A stretch of DNA of 64,000 bases from an uncultured delta proteobacterium (lineage in GTDB: Bacteria > Myxococcota_A > Polyangia > Polyangiales > Polyangiaceae): assembly GCA_963841435.1 (NCBI GenBank), contig CAWJCS010000001.1, positions 160,001 through 224,000 of the forward strand, read 5' to 3'. How positions within the stretch are numbered: the first letter of the stretch is position 1; the number at the start of each line of letters is the position of its first letter. A program made the translations under genes and the position numbers. The notes under the pieces were generated by a model, which did not search any database, was not told the DNA's origin, and saw nothing but the letters and a program-made list of their open reading frames with translations. Below are positions 40,564 to 50,176 of the stretch, piece by piece.

Positions 40564-41502
40564 TTGGCTAGCTCGTCGTTGCGTCAATCGATCGATTGGG
40601 AAGTCATTCTAGGTGATCGGGCACTGCAGCCGACGCCCTTGGCGGGCGGCTTTGCGGGTGAGCTCGCCGCTCTCGTCGCGGCCTTCGACGCCCTGCGCGC
40701 GACGGACCGAGTCGACGACGCCTGTCGTCGTGCCGTCGAGCTCGCAAGGTCGCAGGTCGGGCTCCGAGCGGTCAGCCTGTTCCTGCTCGACGACGAGGCG
40801 CGGCGGCTGCGCGGTACTTGGGGCACCAATCCCGCCGGTGAGCTGGTCGAGGAGCACGACCTCGTCGTCGACGTCGATACGCGGTCGTACGAGGCGTTCC
40901 ACGGCGCCGAGCACGGGCGCCCGTTCATGGTGCTCGAGAACAGCCCGCTCGCCGCGCAGCGCGAGCCGTCGAGTCGCGTGCGTGGAGCGGACCTCGTCGC
41001 CTGCACCCCGATCCGCTGGGGGCGGGAGCGCCTCGGCATGCTGGTGAACGACGCGGGTTGGGGCGACACTCCGGTGGACGAGCCCAAGCAGGCGCTGGCC
41101 GCGATTCTCTGCCGACTACTGGCCGGCACCATCGTGGTCGCGAGATCTCGCGCCGAGGGCCCCCCTCCGAGCCAGCGTCCGCCCCGAGCCAGTCACCCGG
41201 CAGTGCGCAAGGCTTTGGGCATGCTCGCTCGCGACCCCGCGCTCGTGGGAAAAGAGATGGCGGCCCCGCTCGGCATCAGTGCCAGCCGGCTCGCACGCCT
41301 GTTCAAGGCGGAAGTCGGCATGTCGCTGGTCGAGTATCGCAACCGCGCCCGCATCGAGCGCGCTCGTGAGCTCGTCGAGGGCGGCGAGCACCGGCTCCTC
41401 GAGGTGGCGCGCGTCGCGGGTTTCGGGAGCTACGCGCAGTTTCACCGCGTGTTCCGCGCGACCCACGGGACGTCGCCGCGCGAGTACCTGCGCGCGCGCT
41501 GA
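40564..41502 (+). CDS. AraC-family regulator with N-terminal GAF-like domain
   Basis: C-terminal ISASRLARLFKAEVGMSLVEYRNRARI...AGFGSYAQFHRVF...SPREY; N-terminal LRGTWGT. Confidence 0.88.
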   Translation: MASSSLRQSIDWEVILGDRALQPTPLAGGFAGELAALVAAFDALRATDRVDDACRRAVELARSQVGLRAVSLFLLDDEARRLRGTWGTNPAGELVEEHDLVVDVDTRSYEAFHGAEHGRPFMVLENSPLAAQREPSSRVRGADLVACTPIRWGRERLGMLVNDAGWGDTPVDEPKQALAAILCRLLAGTIVVARSRAEGPPPSQRPPRASHPAVRKALGMLARDPALVGKEMAAPLGISASRLARLFKAEVGMSLVEYRNRARIERARELVEGGEHRLLEVARVAGFGSYAQFHRVFRATHGTSPREYLRAR

Positions 41503-41508
41503 GTGCGA

Positions 41509-42508
41509 TCATCCGCGTTGTCGCTCGGGTTCGCGAACGCCCGCGCGGCCGCGGGCCCAGGTGGCGCCCCCGGCGAGAAGCAACGCGAGAGCGAGGGCGC
41601 GCACCGCCCACACCTCGACCGACGGCGAGCGCAGCACGTTCAACCGCGAGCCGAAGCAGCCCGTAGCCCCCGAGCGCGACGAGCGCAGTCGTGCCGGCGC
41701 GCAGTTGGCGCGCCCGAGCTCCGAGCGCGGCCAGGGCGAGGACGGCACCGCCGGCTGCTTCGTAGAGCTGGGCCGGGTGCACGGGCAACGCTTGTGCCGC
41801 TCCGGGTGCGATCGCGCCGGAGAGCACCTGCGTGACCCAGGCGTGCGATAGCGAGGGGAACGTTCCGAGGCGCGCGACGAGCGACGGCGCACTCGGGTCG
41901 AGGGCTCTGCCGAAGTCACAGCCCTCGAGCCAGCAGCCGAGCCGCGTGAGGCATACGCCGACGCCCAGCGCGGGACCAGCGGCGTCGAGCAGGGCCGCCC
42001 CCGACGCGCTTCGTGCTCGCGAGAGCCACCATGCCATCGCGCTCCCCGAAAGCAGACCGACGGGAGCGAACAGCCCGCCGTCGTGAAACGCGAGGAGCGA
42101 CGCGGGCGTGCCGAGCTCCCCGGGGTGCAGCATGGCGTAGCCGAGCCGGGCTCCGACGATGCCCGCGGCGACACCCCCCGCGACCGATGCCACGGCGGCG
42201 TCGTGCCCGATGCCGGCGCTCTCGGCCGAGCGCAGGGTGACGAGCGCCCCGATCGCGAGCGAGCCCGCGAGCAGCGCGCCGAACGCCGGGACCGCGATCG
42301 CGCCGGGGACGAGCACCTGTTCGCGCAGCCCGAGCGCCGCGAGGCCGAGAGCAGCGGCGGCGGCCCCAAAGGCCGCGGTGGCGCGGCTGGACCGGCGCGA
42401 CCGACCGGCCCAGGCGCCGAGAGCGACGGCGAGCGCCACCCCCAAGAAGGTCTCGCCCAGCGGCAGGCGCCAGGGCGGCAGCGGGATCCTGAATAGGAGG
42501 GGGTGCAT
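41509..42508 (-). pseudogene. lgt: Prolipoprotein diacylglyceryl transferase (Lgt)-like gene with an apparent 1-bp frameshift near the 3' end
   Basis: MHPLLF, GARLGY, TRLGCWLEGCDFG, PVHPAQLYE; deleting one A near 41639 gives RLAVDVLR, a final TM helix and a stop at 41509. Confidence 0.7.
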
Positions 42509-42614
42509 CTGAGGCCGCCGGCAGGACGAAAGCCGACCTCCGTGGCCGACGGCGGACGGACGGGCGCACGGCTGAGGGCCGGATGCGTGGCGAGCCGCAA
42601 CGCCCGGCATTAGC

Positions 42615-43400
42615 ATGGCACAGGTGTTCCGGATGCCGCTTGCGCTCCTGCTGCTCGGCGTAGGGTGCCTCCCCGCCGATCCACCAGGCTTCGAGCGCGA
42701 CGGAGGGGCCGCGCCGCACGCTGAGCGCCCTGAAAAGGGGCGGCCCGCCAAGCTCTTGCCCGCGAGCACCGAGCGAGGTCCCGAACCATCCTCCGGGGTC
42801 GACGCAGGCGGGCTCCTGACCGACCCCTTTCGAGACGACTTCGAGCGCGAGGCGCTCGGACCCGATTGGAACCCGACCTCGAAGGTCTGGCACATCGAGG
42901 AGGGCAGGCTCTGCGGGCGCGGCGCCAAGAACCACCCGGTGTGGCTCCTCAGGCGCTTGCCGGTCAACGCGCGCATCGAGCTCGACGTGACGAGTGGATC
43001 GCCGGACGGCGACATCAAGGTCGAGGTTTGGGGCGACGGCCGCAGTGCCGCGAGCTCGACGACCTACGACGATGCCACGAGCTACCTCGCCATTCTCGGC
43101 GGATGGAAGAACCGCTTGAACGTTCTCGCCCGCCTGAACGAGCATGGCGCGACGCGCAAGGAGGTGCGTCTGCTGGCCGATTCCGAGGATCCGCGGACGC
43201 AGCGGGTCGTCGAGGGCCGGAGCTACCACGTCAAACTGGAGCGAGCCGATGGCCGCACCGTGAGCTTTTCCGTGGACGACACGTTGATCCACGAATTCGT
43301 CGATCCCGCACCACTCACTGGCCCTGGACACGAGCACCTGGGGTTCAACGATTGGGACGTACCTCTCTGTTTCGATGACCTGTCGGTGACCCCGCTCTAG
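42615..43400 (+). CDS. Hypothetical lipoprotein with concanavalin-like beta-sandwich
   Basis: Lipobox LGVGC; FRDDFEREALG, GDIKVEVWGDG, GGWKN, FDDLSVTPL. Confidence 0.75.
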   Translation: MAQVFRMPLALLLLGVGCLPADPPGFERDGGAAPHAERPEKGRPAKLLPASTERGPEPSSGVDAGGLLTDPFRDDFEREALGPDWNPTSKVWHIEEGRLCGRGAKNHPVWLLRRLPVNARIELDVTSGSPDGDIKVEVWGDGRSAASSTTYDDATSYLAILGGWKNRLNVLARLNEHGATRKEVRLLADSEDPRTQRVVEGRSYHVKLERADGRTVSFSVDDTLIHEFVDPAPLTGPGHEHLGFNDWDVPLCFDDLSVTPL

Positions 43401-43412
43401 ACCCTGTACGCG

Positions 43413-44447
43413 ATGAGCCCCGAAGAGCTCGACCAAGCACTGGAAGACCTGGAGGTACGCCTCGAGCGGCTACGAGCCCTTTACGAGCAGTACTTTCTCG
43501 GCTTCGAGAAGATCGAGCCCGCCGTGGCGCGAAAAGAGGTCGATCGCCGCATCTACGTGATGCGCCGCGAAAAGATCCGCAACACGGGCAAGCGTTTCAA
43601 GCTCCAGACCCTGATCCAGCGTTACAACACGTTCCAGCAATACTGGCAGCGCATCTGCCGCGAGATCGAGAACGGAACGTACAAGCGCCATCTGTTGCGC
43701 GCCGAGCGTCAGCTCTCGCCCGAGCAGCAGCTCACCATCGCGGCGCGCCGGCGGTTCGGCAGGACCGGCAGCATTCCGCCGCCTGCCGCAGTCGTGGCCG
43801 CCGCCGCGGCGGACGCGCGCTCGTCGCGTCCGGCCGCGCCCGAGCCCGCCGCCGCGGGCGCCACGGTGAATGTCCCCCCCCCGGCACCTCTACCCGGCGC
43901 CACGCAGCTGTCGGCAGCCCGTGGGCCGACCCCCGTGCCGCCCGAACGGCGCGCTGCCGCACCCGCCCCGACGCGGCCGCCCAAATACGAGTCCCTCGAG
44001 CTCGATATGGGGTTTCTCGGCAGCTGGGTCCCGCCGGCGGCGACCCCGCCGCGTCCGGTCGCGAGCCCCCCGCAGCCCGTTTCGCCCAGGCCCGCCGAGC
44101 GGCCGCCCATCGAGCGACCCGCGAAGCAGAAGAGCTCCCCCACGGCGGCGCACCCGCCTGCGGCGCGCGCGGTGCCCGTCGCTCGCATCCAGCCGCCGCC
44201 CAAGCCGGCGCGCCCCGCTGCCGCTGCGGGCGGCGGCATGACCGACGATCGCGTCAAGGAGCTCCACCAGAAGCTCAATCGGATGAAGAAGGACAATCGC
44301 GAGGCCGGCCAGGTTTCGTTCGAGAGCCTCGCAAAGACGATCCGCGCGACCGAGAATCAGCTCAAGGCTCAGTACAAGAACCGCAAGATCGACTTCGACG
44401 TCGTGCTCAAGGACGGCAAGGCCATCGTCAAGCCCAAGGTTCGCTGA
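43413..44447 (+). CDS. MXAN_5187 C-terminal-domain-type protein
   Basis: LERLRALYEQYFLGFEKIEP; YWQRICREIENGTYKR; Pro-rich linker; C-terminal IDFDVVLKDGKAIVKP. Confidence 0.75.
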   Translation: MSPEELDQALEDLEVRLERLRALYEQYFLGFEKIEPAVARKEVDRRIYVMRREKIRNTGKRFKLQTLIQRYNTFQQYWQRICREIENGTYKRHLLRAERQLSPEQQLTIAARRRFGRTGSIPPPAAVVAAAAADARSSRPAAPEPAAAGATVNVPPPAPLPGATQLSAARGPTPVPPERRAAAPAPTRPPKYESLELDMGFLGSWVPPAATPPRPVASPPQPVSPRPAERPPIERPAKQKSSPTAAHPPAARAVPVARIQPPPKPARPAAAAGGGMTDDRVKELHQKLNRMKKDNREAGQVSFESLAKTIRATENQLKAQYKNRKIDFDVVLKDGKAIVKPKVR

Positions 44448-44459
44448 GCGGAGCGCGCC

Positions 44460-46898
44460 TCAAAGCCGCGCCCGCTTCAACCTCAGAGCGTTGCCGATCA
44501 CGGACACCGAGCTGAAGCTCATCGCGGCTGCGGCGAGGACCGGGCTCAGGAGCACGCCGAACGCGGGGTACAAGACGCCCGCTGCAATGGGAATGCCCGC
44601 AGCATTGTAGGCGAACGCGAAGAACAGGTTTTGTCGGATGTTCGCCATCGTCAGGCGCGAGAGCTGCCGCGCGCGCACGATCCCCACGAGGTCTCCCTTC
44701 ACGAGCGTCACCCCCGCGCTCTCCATCGCGATGTCGGTACCCGTGCCCATGGCGATGCCGACCTCGGCGCGCGCGAGCGCCGGGGCGTCGTTGATGCCGT
44801 CGCCCGCCATGGCGACGATGCGCCCCTCGCGCTGGAGCTCCTCGATGCGCTGCGCTTTCTGCTCGGGCAGCACCTCGGCCAGGACCTCGTCGATCCCGAG
44901 CTTGCGAGCGACCGCCTGCGCCGTGGTTCGGCTGTCTCCCGTCAGCATCACGATGCGGAGCCCTTCGTCGTGCAGCTTGCGGATGGCGTCGGGTGTCGTC
45001 GGCTTGATCGGATCGGCGACGCTCAGGAGCCCGCGCAGCGAGCTGCCGATCGCCACGAACATGACGGTCCCCCCGTCGGCGCGGAGCTCCTCGGCGCGTT
45101 CGAGCCAGGGCGACGCGTCGACGCCCAGGCTCTCCATGAGGGCGCGATTGCCGACGGCCACGCGCTCTCCCGCGACGCGACCGGTGACGCCCTTGCCCGG
45201 TACGGCGGAAAACTCCTCGGCGGCGCCGAGCGCAATGCCGCGCGCCGTGGCCCCCTCGAGGATCGCGGCAGCGAGCGGGTGCTCGCTGCCGCGTTCGAGC
45301 GACGCGGCGGCGCCCAGCAGGCTCTCTTCGCCGGTGGGTGTCTCGCAGAGCACGCGGAGGAGCTTGGGCCGGCCTTCGGTGAGCGTGCCGGTCTTGTCGA
45401 CGACGAGCGTGTCCACTTGGCGCAGCACCTCGATGGCCTCGGCGTTCTTGAAGAGCACGCCCTGGGTCGCTCCCCTTCCCATCGCCACCATGATCGACAT
45501 CGGTGTCGCGAGGCCAAGCGCGCACGGGCAGGCGATGATCAGCACCGCCACGGCATTGATCAGCGCGTGGGCGAGCCTCGGCTCGGGCCCGGCCACCGCC
45601 CAGACGACGAACGTCGCGAGCGCGCTCACGACGACCGCGGGCACGAAATAGGCGGCCACGACGTCGGCGAGCTTCTGGATCTTCGCGCGGCTGCGCTGTG
45701 CCTCGGCGACGAGCGCGACGATGCGTGCGAGCAGCGTGTCGGCGCCGACCTTCTCGGCGCGTAGCACCAGGCTGCCCGTCCCGTTGATCGTCGCACCGAT
45801 GACGCGGTCGCCCGGGCCCTTTCGCACCGGGAGCGCCTCGCCCGTCACCATCGACTCGTCGATGTTGCCGTGCCCGTCGAGCACCACGCCGTCGACCGGG
45901 ACCTTCTCTCCCGGCCGCACGCGGAGCTCGTCACCCACGGCCACGGCGTCGAGGGGCACGTCTTCCTCGCTGCCGTCGGCGCGCAGCCGGCGTGCCTGGT
46001 GCGGCGCCAGTCCGAGCAGCGCCTCGAGGGCCTTGCTCGTCTGGCTGCGCGCGCGAAGCTCGAGAACCTGCCCCAGCAACACGAGCGTGACGATGCCGGC
46101 CGAGGCCTCGAAGTACACCGCCACCTCGCCGTCGGGGCCGCGGAACGACGCTGGAAACACGCCGGGCATCAGCGCTGCGACGAGCGAGTAGACGAACGCG
46201 ACGCTGACGCCGAGCCCAATCAACGTGAACATGTTCGGGCTCGCGTGTCGCACGGACGCGACGGCGCGCTCGTAGAACGGCCACGCCGCCCACGTACAAA
46301 CAGGCGTCGCGACCGCGAGCTCGATGAGCGCCGTCGCTCGCATCGAGAGCACGCCGGAGAGCGGGTGGCCGAGGAACATGTCGCCCATGACGAAGACGAG
46401 GAGCGGTGCCGTCAGCGCGGCTGCAAGCCAGAACCGTCGCTTCATGTCGCTGAGCTCGGCACCGTCTTCTTCGGATCCGACCGAGGGAGCGAGCGGCTCG
46501 AGCGCCATGCCGCACAGGGGGCAGGCACCGGGAGCGTCGCGCACGATCTCGGGATGCATGGGACACGTCCACTGTCTCGCCGCCGGCGCGGGCGCCGTTC
46601 GTTCGAGCGCCATGCCGCACTTCGGGCAGGCGCCCGGCTTTTCTTGTCGGACCTCCGGGTGCATGGGACAGGTGTGGGTGGGCGACCCTGCTGCGCCGGC
46701 GGCGGCCGTTGGTGGCGCACCGGCCGAGCCGTGCCCGTGCGACGCGTGGTCGTGCGCGTGCGGCGGGTCGTCGTGTCCATGTGACCGCGACGTTTCGTGC
46801 CCTTCCCCATCAGGGGAGTGCCCGCAGCAAGAGTCCTGCTCGGCGGGGAGCGCTGGCCCGTGCCCGTGCGGCGCGGGATCGGGTGGTGGACGGTGCAT
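44460..46898 (-). CDS. copA: Cu(I)-translocating P1B-type ATPase
   Basis: His-rich N-terminus; two TCPMHPE...CPxCGM motifs; [43 protein letters not shown]. Confidence 0.95.
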   Translation of the reverse strand: MHRPPPDPAPHGHGPALPAEQDSCCGHSPDGEGHETSRSHGHDDPPHAHDHASHGHGSAGAPPTAAAGAAGSPTHTCPMHPEVRQEKPGACPKCGMALERTAPAPAARQWTCPMHPEIVRDAPGACPLCGMALEPLAPSVGSEEDGAELSDMKRRFWLAAALTAPLLVFVMGDMFLGHPLSGVLSMRATALIELAVATPVCTWAAWPFYERAVASVRHASPNMFTLIGLGVSVAFVYSLVAALMPGVFPASFRGPDGEVAVYFEASAGIVTLVLLGQVLELRARSQTSKALEALLGLAPHQARRLRADGSEEDVPLDAVAVGDELRVRPGEKVPVDGVVLDGHGNIDESMVTGEALPVRKGPGDRVIGATINGTGSLVLRAEKVGADTLLARIVALVAEAQRSRAKIQKLADVVAAYFVPAVVVSALATFVVWAVAGPEPRLAHALINAVAVLIIACPCALGLATPMSIMVAMGRGATQGVLFKNAEAIEVLRQVDTLVVDKTGTLTEGRPKLLRVLCETPTGEESLLGAAASLERGSEHPLAAAILEGATARGIALGAAEEFSAVPGKGVTGRVAGERVAVGNRALMESLGVDASPWLERAEELRADGGTVMFVAIGSSLRGLLSVADPIKPTTPDAIRKLHDEGLRIVMLTGDSRTTAQAVARKLGIDEVLAEVLPEQKAQRIEELQREGRIVAMAGDGINDAPALARAEVGIAMGTGTDIAMESAGVTLVKGDLVGIVRARQLSRLTMANIRQNLFFAFAYNAAGIPIAAGVLYPAFGVLLSPVLAAAAMSFSSVSVIGNALRLKRARL

Positions 46899-47047
46899 CT
46901 AAGGTCCTCCTAGTGGCAGACGCGGGGCCCCGCCAATCATTACGGTCCCGAGGCTGCCCCGGCCGGCGCGCAGCGGTTTGCGGATTGCCCCCCGTGGCCC
47001 AAAACGCTTCAGGGGGCTCCCTGAGCGATACACCCGTGGGGGCCGCG

Positions 47048-49552
47048 ATGATCGGGGTGCCGCTCGCACCGGCCGATTTGAAGTCTGCCAGGCGCCAGGG
47101 TACGGGCTCGCCCGCAGTGTGGGAAGGACTCCTAGCGTTCGCTCGGTGGCGCCGGCGACCGAGCCTTCGGGACGGTGCGGCGGCGCTCGCCCTTTTGGCG
47201 AGCCTCGCCGTCTTCGTCGCCGTCATCGAGCTCAACTACCCCGTCGAGTCGTGGTTGCTGCCGCGTTACGTCGTGGCGTGGTTCTGGACCCTGGTGTTCG
47301 CGCTCGCCGCGCTGTGCGCGGGTTGCCGCCTGTTCGAGTGGCTCGGCGTGCGCGGGCTCTGGCTCGGCGAGTCGCTGTTGCTCTCGTTCGCGCTCGGTGT
47401 CGTGCTCTTCGCGCTCGGCGTGTTCGCCGCGGGGATCGCCGGCGTGCTCGGCGGCGTGTTCTTCGTGGCGTGGCCCGTGGCGCTCGTGGCGCTCGGCTAT
47501 GGAGCGGGAAGGCGGCGTTTTCGCGCGCTGCGCCGTCACGGCTTCGGCACGCGAAGCCTGCGGCTTTTCGTGCCGCGCTCGCTCATCGAATGGCTCTCGG
47601 CCGCGCTGCTCGCGCTCTCTCTACTGGCGCTCTACATCCAGGTGGTCGCACCCGACAATGCGGGGTTCGACGCCCTCTGGTACCACCTGCCCCTCGCGAG
47701 TGAGTACGCACTCACGGGCGCCATTCGGCCTCGCCCGGACGGCTGGTATCTCGCGGCCTATCCACAGCTCGCGACCCTGCTCTACACGTTCGCGTTCCTC
47801 GAGCCGCTCGGCGGTCTATACGGGCACGTCACGCTCGCAGGGCACATCGAGTACGCAATCTTCCTCGCGACGCTGCCCGGCATCGCGCTCCTTTCGCGAC
47901 GCGTGGCGCCTGGCGTGAACCGGCGCTTCGCTTCCGCGGCGCTCTTCCTGTTTCCTGGCATCCTGCTTTACGATTCGGGCCTCGTTGTCGGTGCGGATCA
48001 CGTGCTGGCGTTCTTCGCGGCGCCCGTCGCGCTCGCGACGGCCGCTGCGGTTCGCGTGCCGAGCACGCGGCGCTTCGTGCTCGTGGGCGCGCTCGTCGCG
48101 GGGGCCGCGCTCACGCGCTATCAGGCGCTCTACTTCATCGCGCCCGCCGGCCTGTTGCTCGCCTTCCACGCCGTCCGCAAGAGGGCGTTCTTGCCGGCGC
48201 TCGCGGGCTTCTTCACGGCACTCGTCGTTTCGACGCCGCACTGGCTGAAGAACCTCGCATTTTACGGCGACCCGTTCTACCCGCTGCTTGCCGAGCGGCT
48301 CGGTGCCAAACCGTTCCATGCGGGCGCCGCAGATCTGGTGCGCAGCGTGTTTCAGGTTCCGGAATTCACGCCCCAGGGCCCGCTCGCCGATCGCTTGCTC
48401 GAGACACTCGGCGCCGTCGTCACGTTCTCCTTCGTGCCGCGCGATATCTGGGGCTTCCACTACGACATGCCGGTGTTCGGCTCGTTGTTCACGCTGCTCG
48501 TCGTTCCGACGCTCTTCGCGAAGAGGACCCGAAAGCTCTGGCTGCTCGTGCTGGGCTCCCATCTGGGCGTTTTCCTCTGGTATTTCACCAATCATCAGGA
48601 GCGCTTCCTGCAGGGCCTCTTGCCGTGGCTCGCCGCAGCGACGGCGGGCATGCTGGCGCGGCTCTGGCCGCTCGGACCGCTCGCCCGCGTGGGCGTCGGG
48701 GCCCTGGTTTCGTTCCAGCTCGCGTGGAGCGGCGGGTTTTGGTTCCTGAAGACGCACCGCTCGGCGGGTGGCTCGGCGCTCACGTCGCTCATGGATCAAG
48801 TGACGGCGGGCTTCGACGGCCAGCGCGGCGACCGCTTCAAGCGCTACGGCGCGCTACACGACGTCGCGCGCAAGCTGGGTCAGAACGCCGTCGTCATGTG
48901 TCACGACCAATACGAGCTGTTGGGCGTGCAGCGCCGCACGTTGTGGGACGTCGCGGGCTTCCAGGGAGCGACCGACTACCTGCTCTATCCGACCCCACGC
49001 GCGGCATACCAGCACCTGCGAAGTCTCGGGGTCACCCATCTGCTCATCAACCACTCTCCGCCCGACCCCATGACCGTACCGCGCCTCGTGCGCGAGGTGC
49101 GCTTCTATCGAACGGCGCTCTCTTTCAGCCGAGGGAGCGGTCGCTGGGGTAGCCTCGAGCTCAGGCGGTTCGCGAGAAAGAAGCAAGAGCTGCCTCCGGC
49201 TCCCGGTCGTCGCGTGCTCGTGCTCGGCTGCGACGCCAAGCTGCCACGGGGGATCTACGACCTTTCCAGGTTGCCGCGCGTCTCGCCGCGCCACTCATGG
49301 TCGCGTTCGAAGGTCCCACGAAACTGGGACGACGTTCCCGAGGACGTCGTGGGCGTGTTCGTCCAGGGTGACTGCCGCGCCAACCGGCGCTTCAGCAAGC
49401 GCGGCGAGGGGTTCAGGCAGGCGGCGCGCTTCGAGAACGGTGAGCTCTTCGTGCGCGACCCCGAAGGCGCGTCTCGAGACAAGCACGACACGGACCGGGA
49501 TCGTGACGACCGCGAAGGGAAGCAGCGTAAGCGCCCGCTTCGCCGGCCGTGA
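47048..49552 (+). CDS. Large multi-pass membrane protein, GT-C-like
   Basis: More than 15 hydrophobic segments; FDALWYHLP, YGDPFYP, QERFL, LGVTHLL; charged tail; start uncertain (47048 or later). Confidence 0.65.
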   Translation: MIGVPLAPADLKSARRQGTGSPAVWEGLLAFARWRRRPSLRDGAAALALLASLAVFVAVIELNYPVESWLLPRYVVAWFWTLVFALAALCAGCRLFEWLGVRGLWLGESLLLSFALGVVLFALGVFAAGIAGVLGGVFFVAWPVALVALGYGAGRRRFRALRRHGFGTRSLRLFVPRSLIEWLSAALLALSLLALYIQVVAPDNAGFDALWYHLPLASEYALTGAIRPRPDGWYLAAYPQLATLLYTFAFLEPLGGLYGHVTLAGHIEYAIFLATLPGIALLSRRVAPGVNRRFASAALFLFPGILLYDSGLVVGADHVLAFFAAPVALATAAAVRVPSTRRFVLVGALVAGAALTRYQALYFIAPAGLLLAFHAVRKRAFLPALAGFFTALVVSTPHWLKNLAFYGDPFYPLLAERLGAKPFHAGAADLVRSVFQVPEFTPQGPLADRLLETLGAVVTFSFVPRDIWGFHYDMPVFGSLFTLLVVPTLFAKRTRKLWLLVLGSHLGVFLWYFTNHQERFLQGLLPWLAAATAGMLARLWPLGPLARVGVGALVSFQLAWSGGFWFLKTHRSAGGSALTSLMDQVTAGFDGQRGDRFKRYGALHDVARKLGQNAVVMCHDQYELLGVQRRTLWDVAGFQGATDYLLYPTPRAAYQHLRSLGVTHLLINHSPPDPMTVPRLVREVRFYRTALSFSRGSGRWGSLELRRFARKKQELPPAPGRRVLVLGCDAKLPRGIYDLSRLPRVSPRHSWSRSKVPRNWDDVPEDVVGVFVQGDCRANRRFSKRGEGFRQAARFENGELFVRDPEGASRDKHDTDRDRDDREGKQRKRPLRRP

Positions 49553-49585
49553 CGCCGGGCCGCGGTCCAGCGGGAGGGTTTCGCG

Positions 49586-50002
49586 CTACCCCACCTGGAT
49601 CCGGAGTGTCAACACGGCGACGGCAAGGCAGGCGTCCATCACGACGACGAGGCCGCCCGCTCGCGCGCGCCGAGCCGCTTCGTCATTGACGATGCCGAGC
49701 TGGAGCCAGAGCACCTTGGCGTGCGCGCGAACCGCGGCGTCAGCGAGGCTCGGCGTCTCCTCGGCGCGGCGGAAAACGTCGACGATGTCGATCGGCTCGG
49801 GCACGTCGGCGAGCGCCGGATAGGCCTTCTCCCCGTGCACGGTCGCCTCGAAAGGGTTCACCGGGATCACGCGATAGCCGGCGCGCACGAGACGCGCGAA
49901 CACCCCGTGCGACGGCCGCTGCGGCTTCGACGACGCGCCGACCATCGCGATGGTCCGCGCCGCGAGTAGCATCTCTTTGAGCTCGCTATCCGATGGGTTC
50001 AT
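49586..50002 (-). CDS. CoA-binding protein (YccU-like)
   Basis: TIAMVGASSKPQRPS, YRVIPVNP, IDIVDVFR, LWLQLGI, VVMDAC. Confidence 0.92.
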   Translation of the reverse strand: MNPSDSELKEMLLAARTIAMVGASSKPQRPSHGVFARLVRAGYRVIPVNPFEATVHGEKAYPALADVPEPIDIVDVFRRAEETPSLADAAVRAHAKVLWLQLGIVNDEAARRARAGGLVVVMDACLAVAVLTLRIQVG

Positions 50003-50176
50003 GGCGCGTCGTTCGAGCGGAGCCGCGCGCTCCTGCTTCGCTCCGCAGCGTACCACGCTGCCCGAGCGCACCTTGCGGGGGGCTTTGGGGGAAAGGGCAC
50101 TCGCGAGCGCCAGGACCGGGTGCACGTGGCTGTTGCTTGACTGCCTGAATTTCGCCCCGTACCACGGCATGCGGCC

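Noticed and set aside
41303-43018. 571-aa ORF as a single gene
   Set aside because: The N-terminal part is antisense to the 42615 lipoprotein and the C-terminal part results from the frameshift; the Lgt-like region starts at 42508
46899-47047. CueR/CsoR operator upstream of copA
   Set aside because: No convincing palindrome or promoter spacing found
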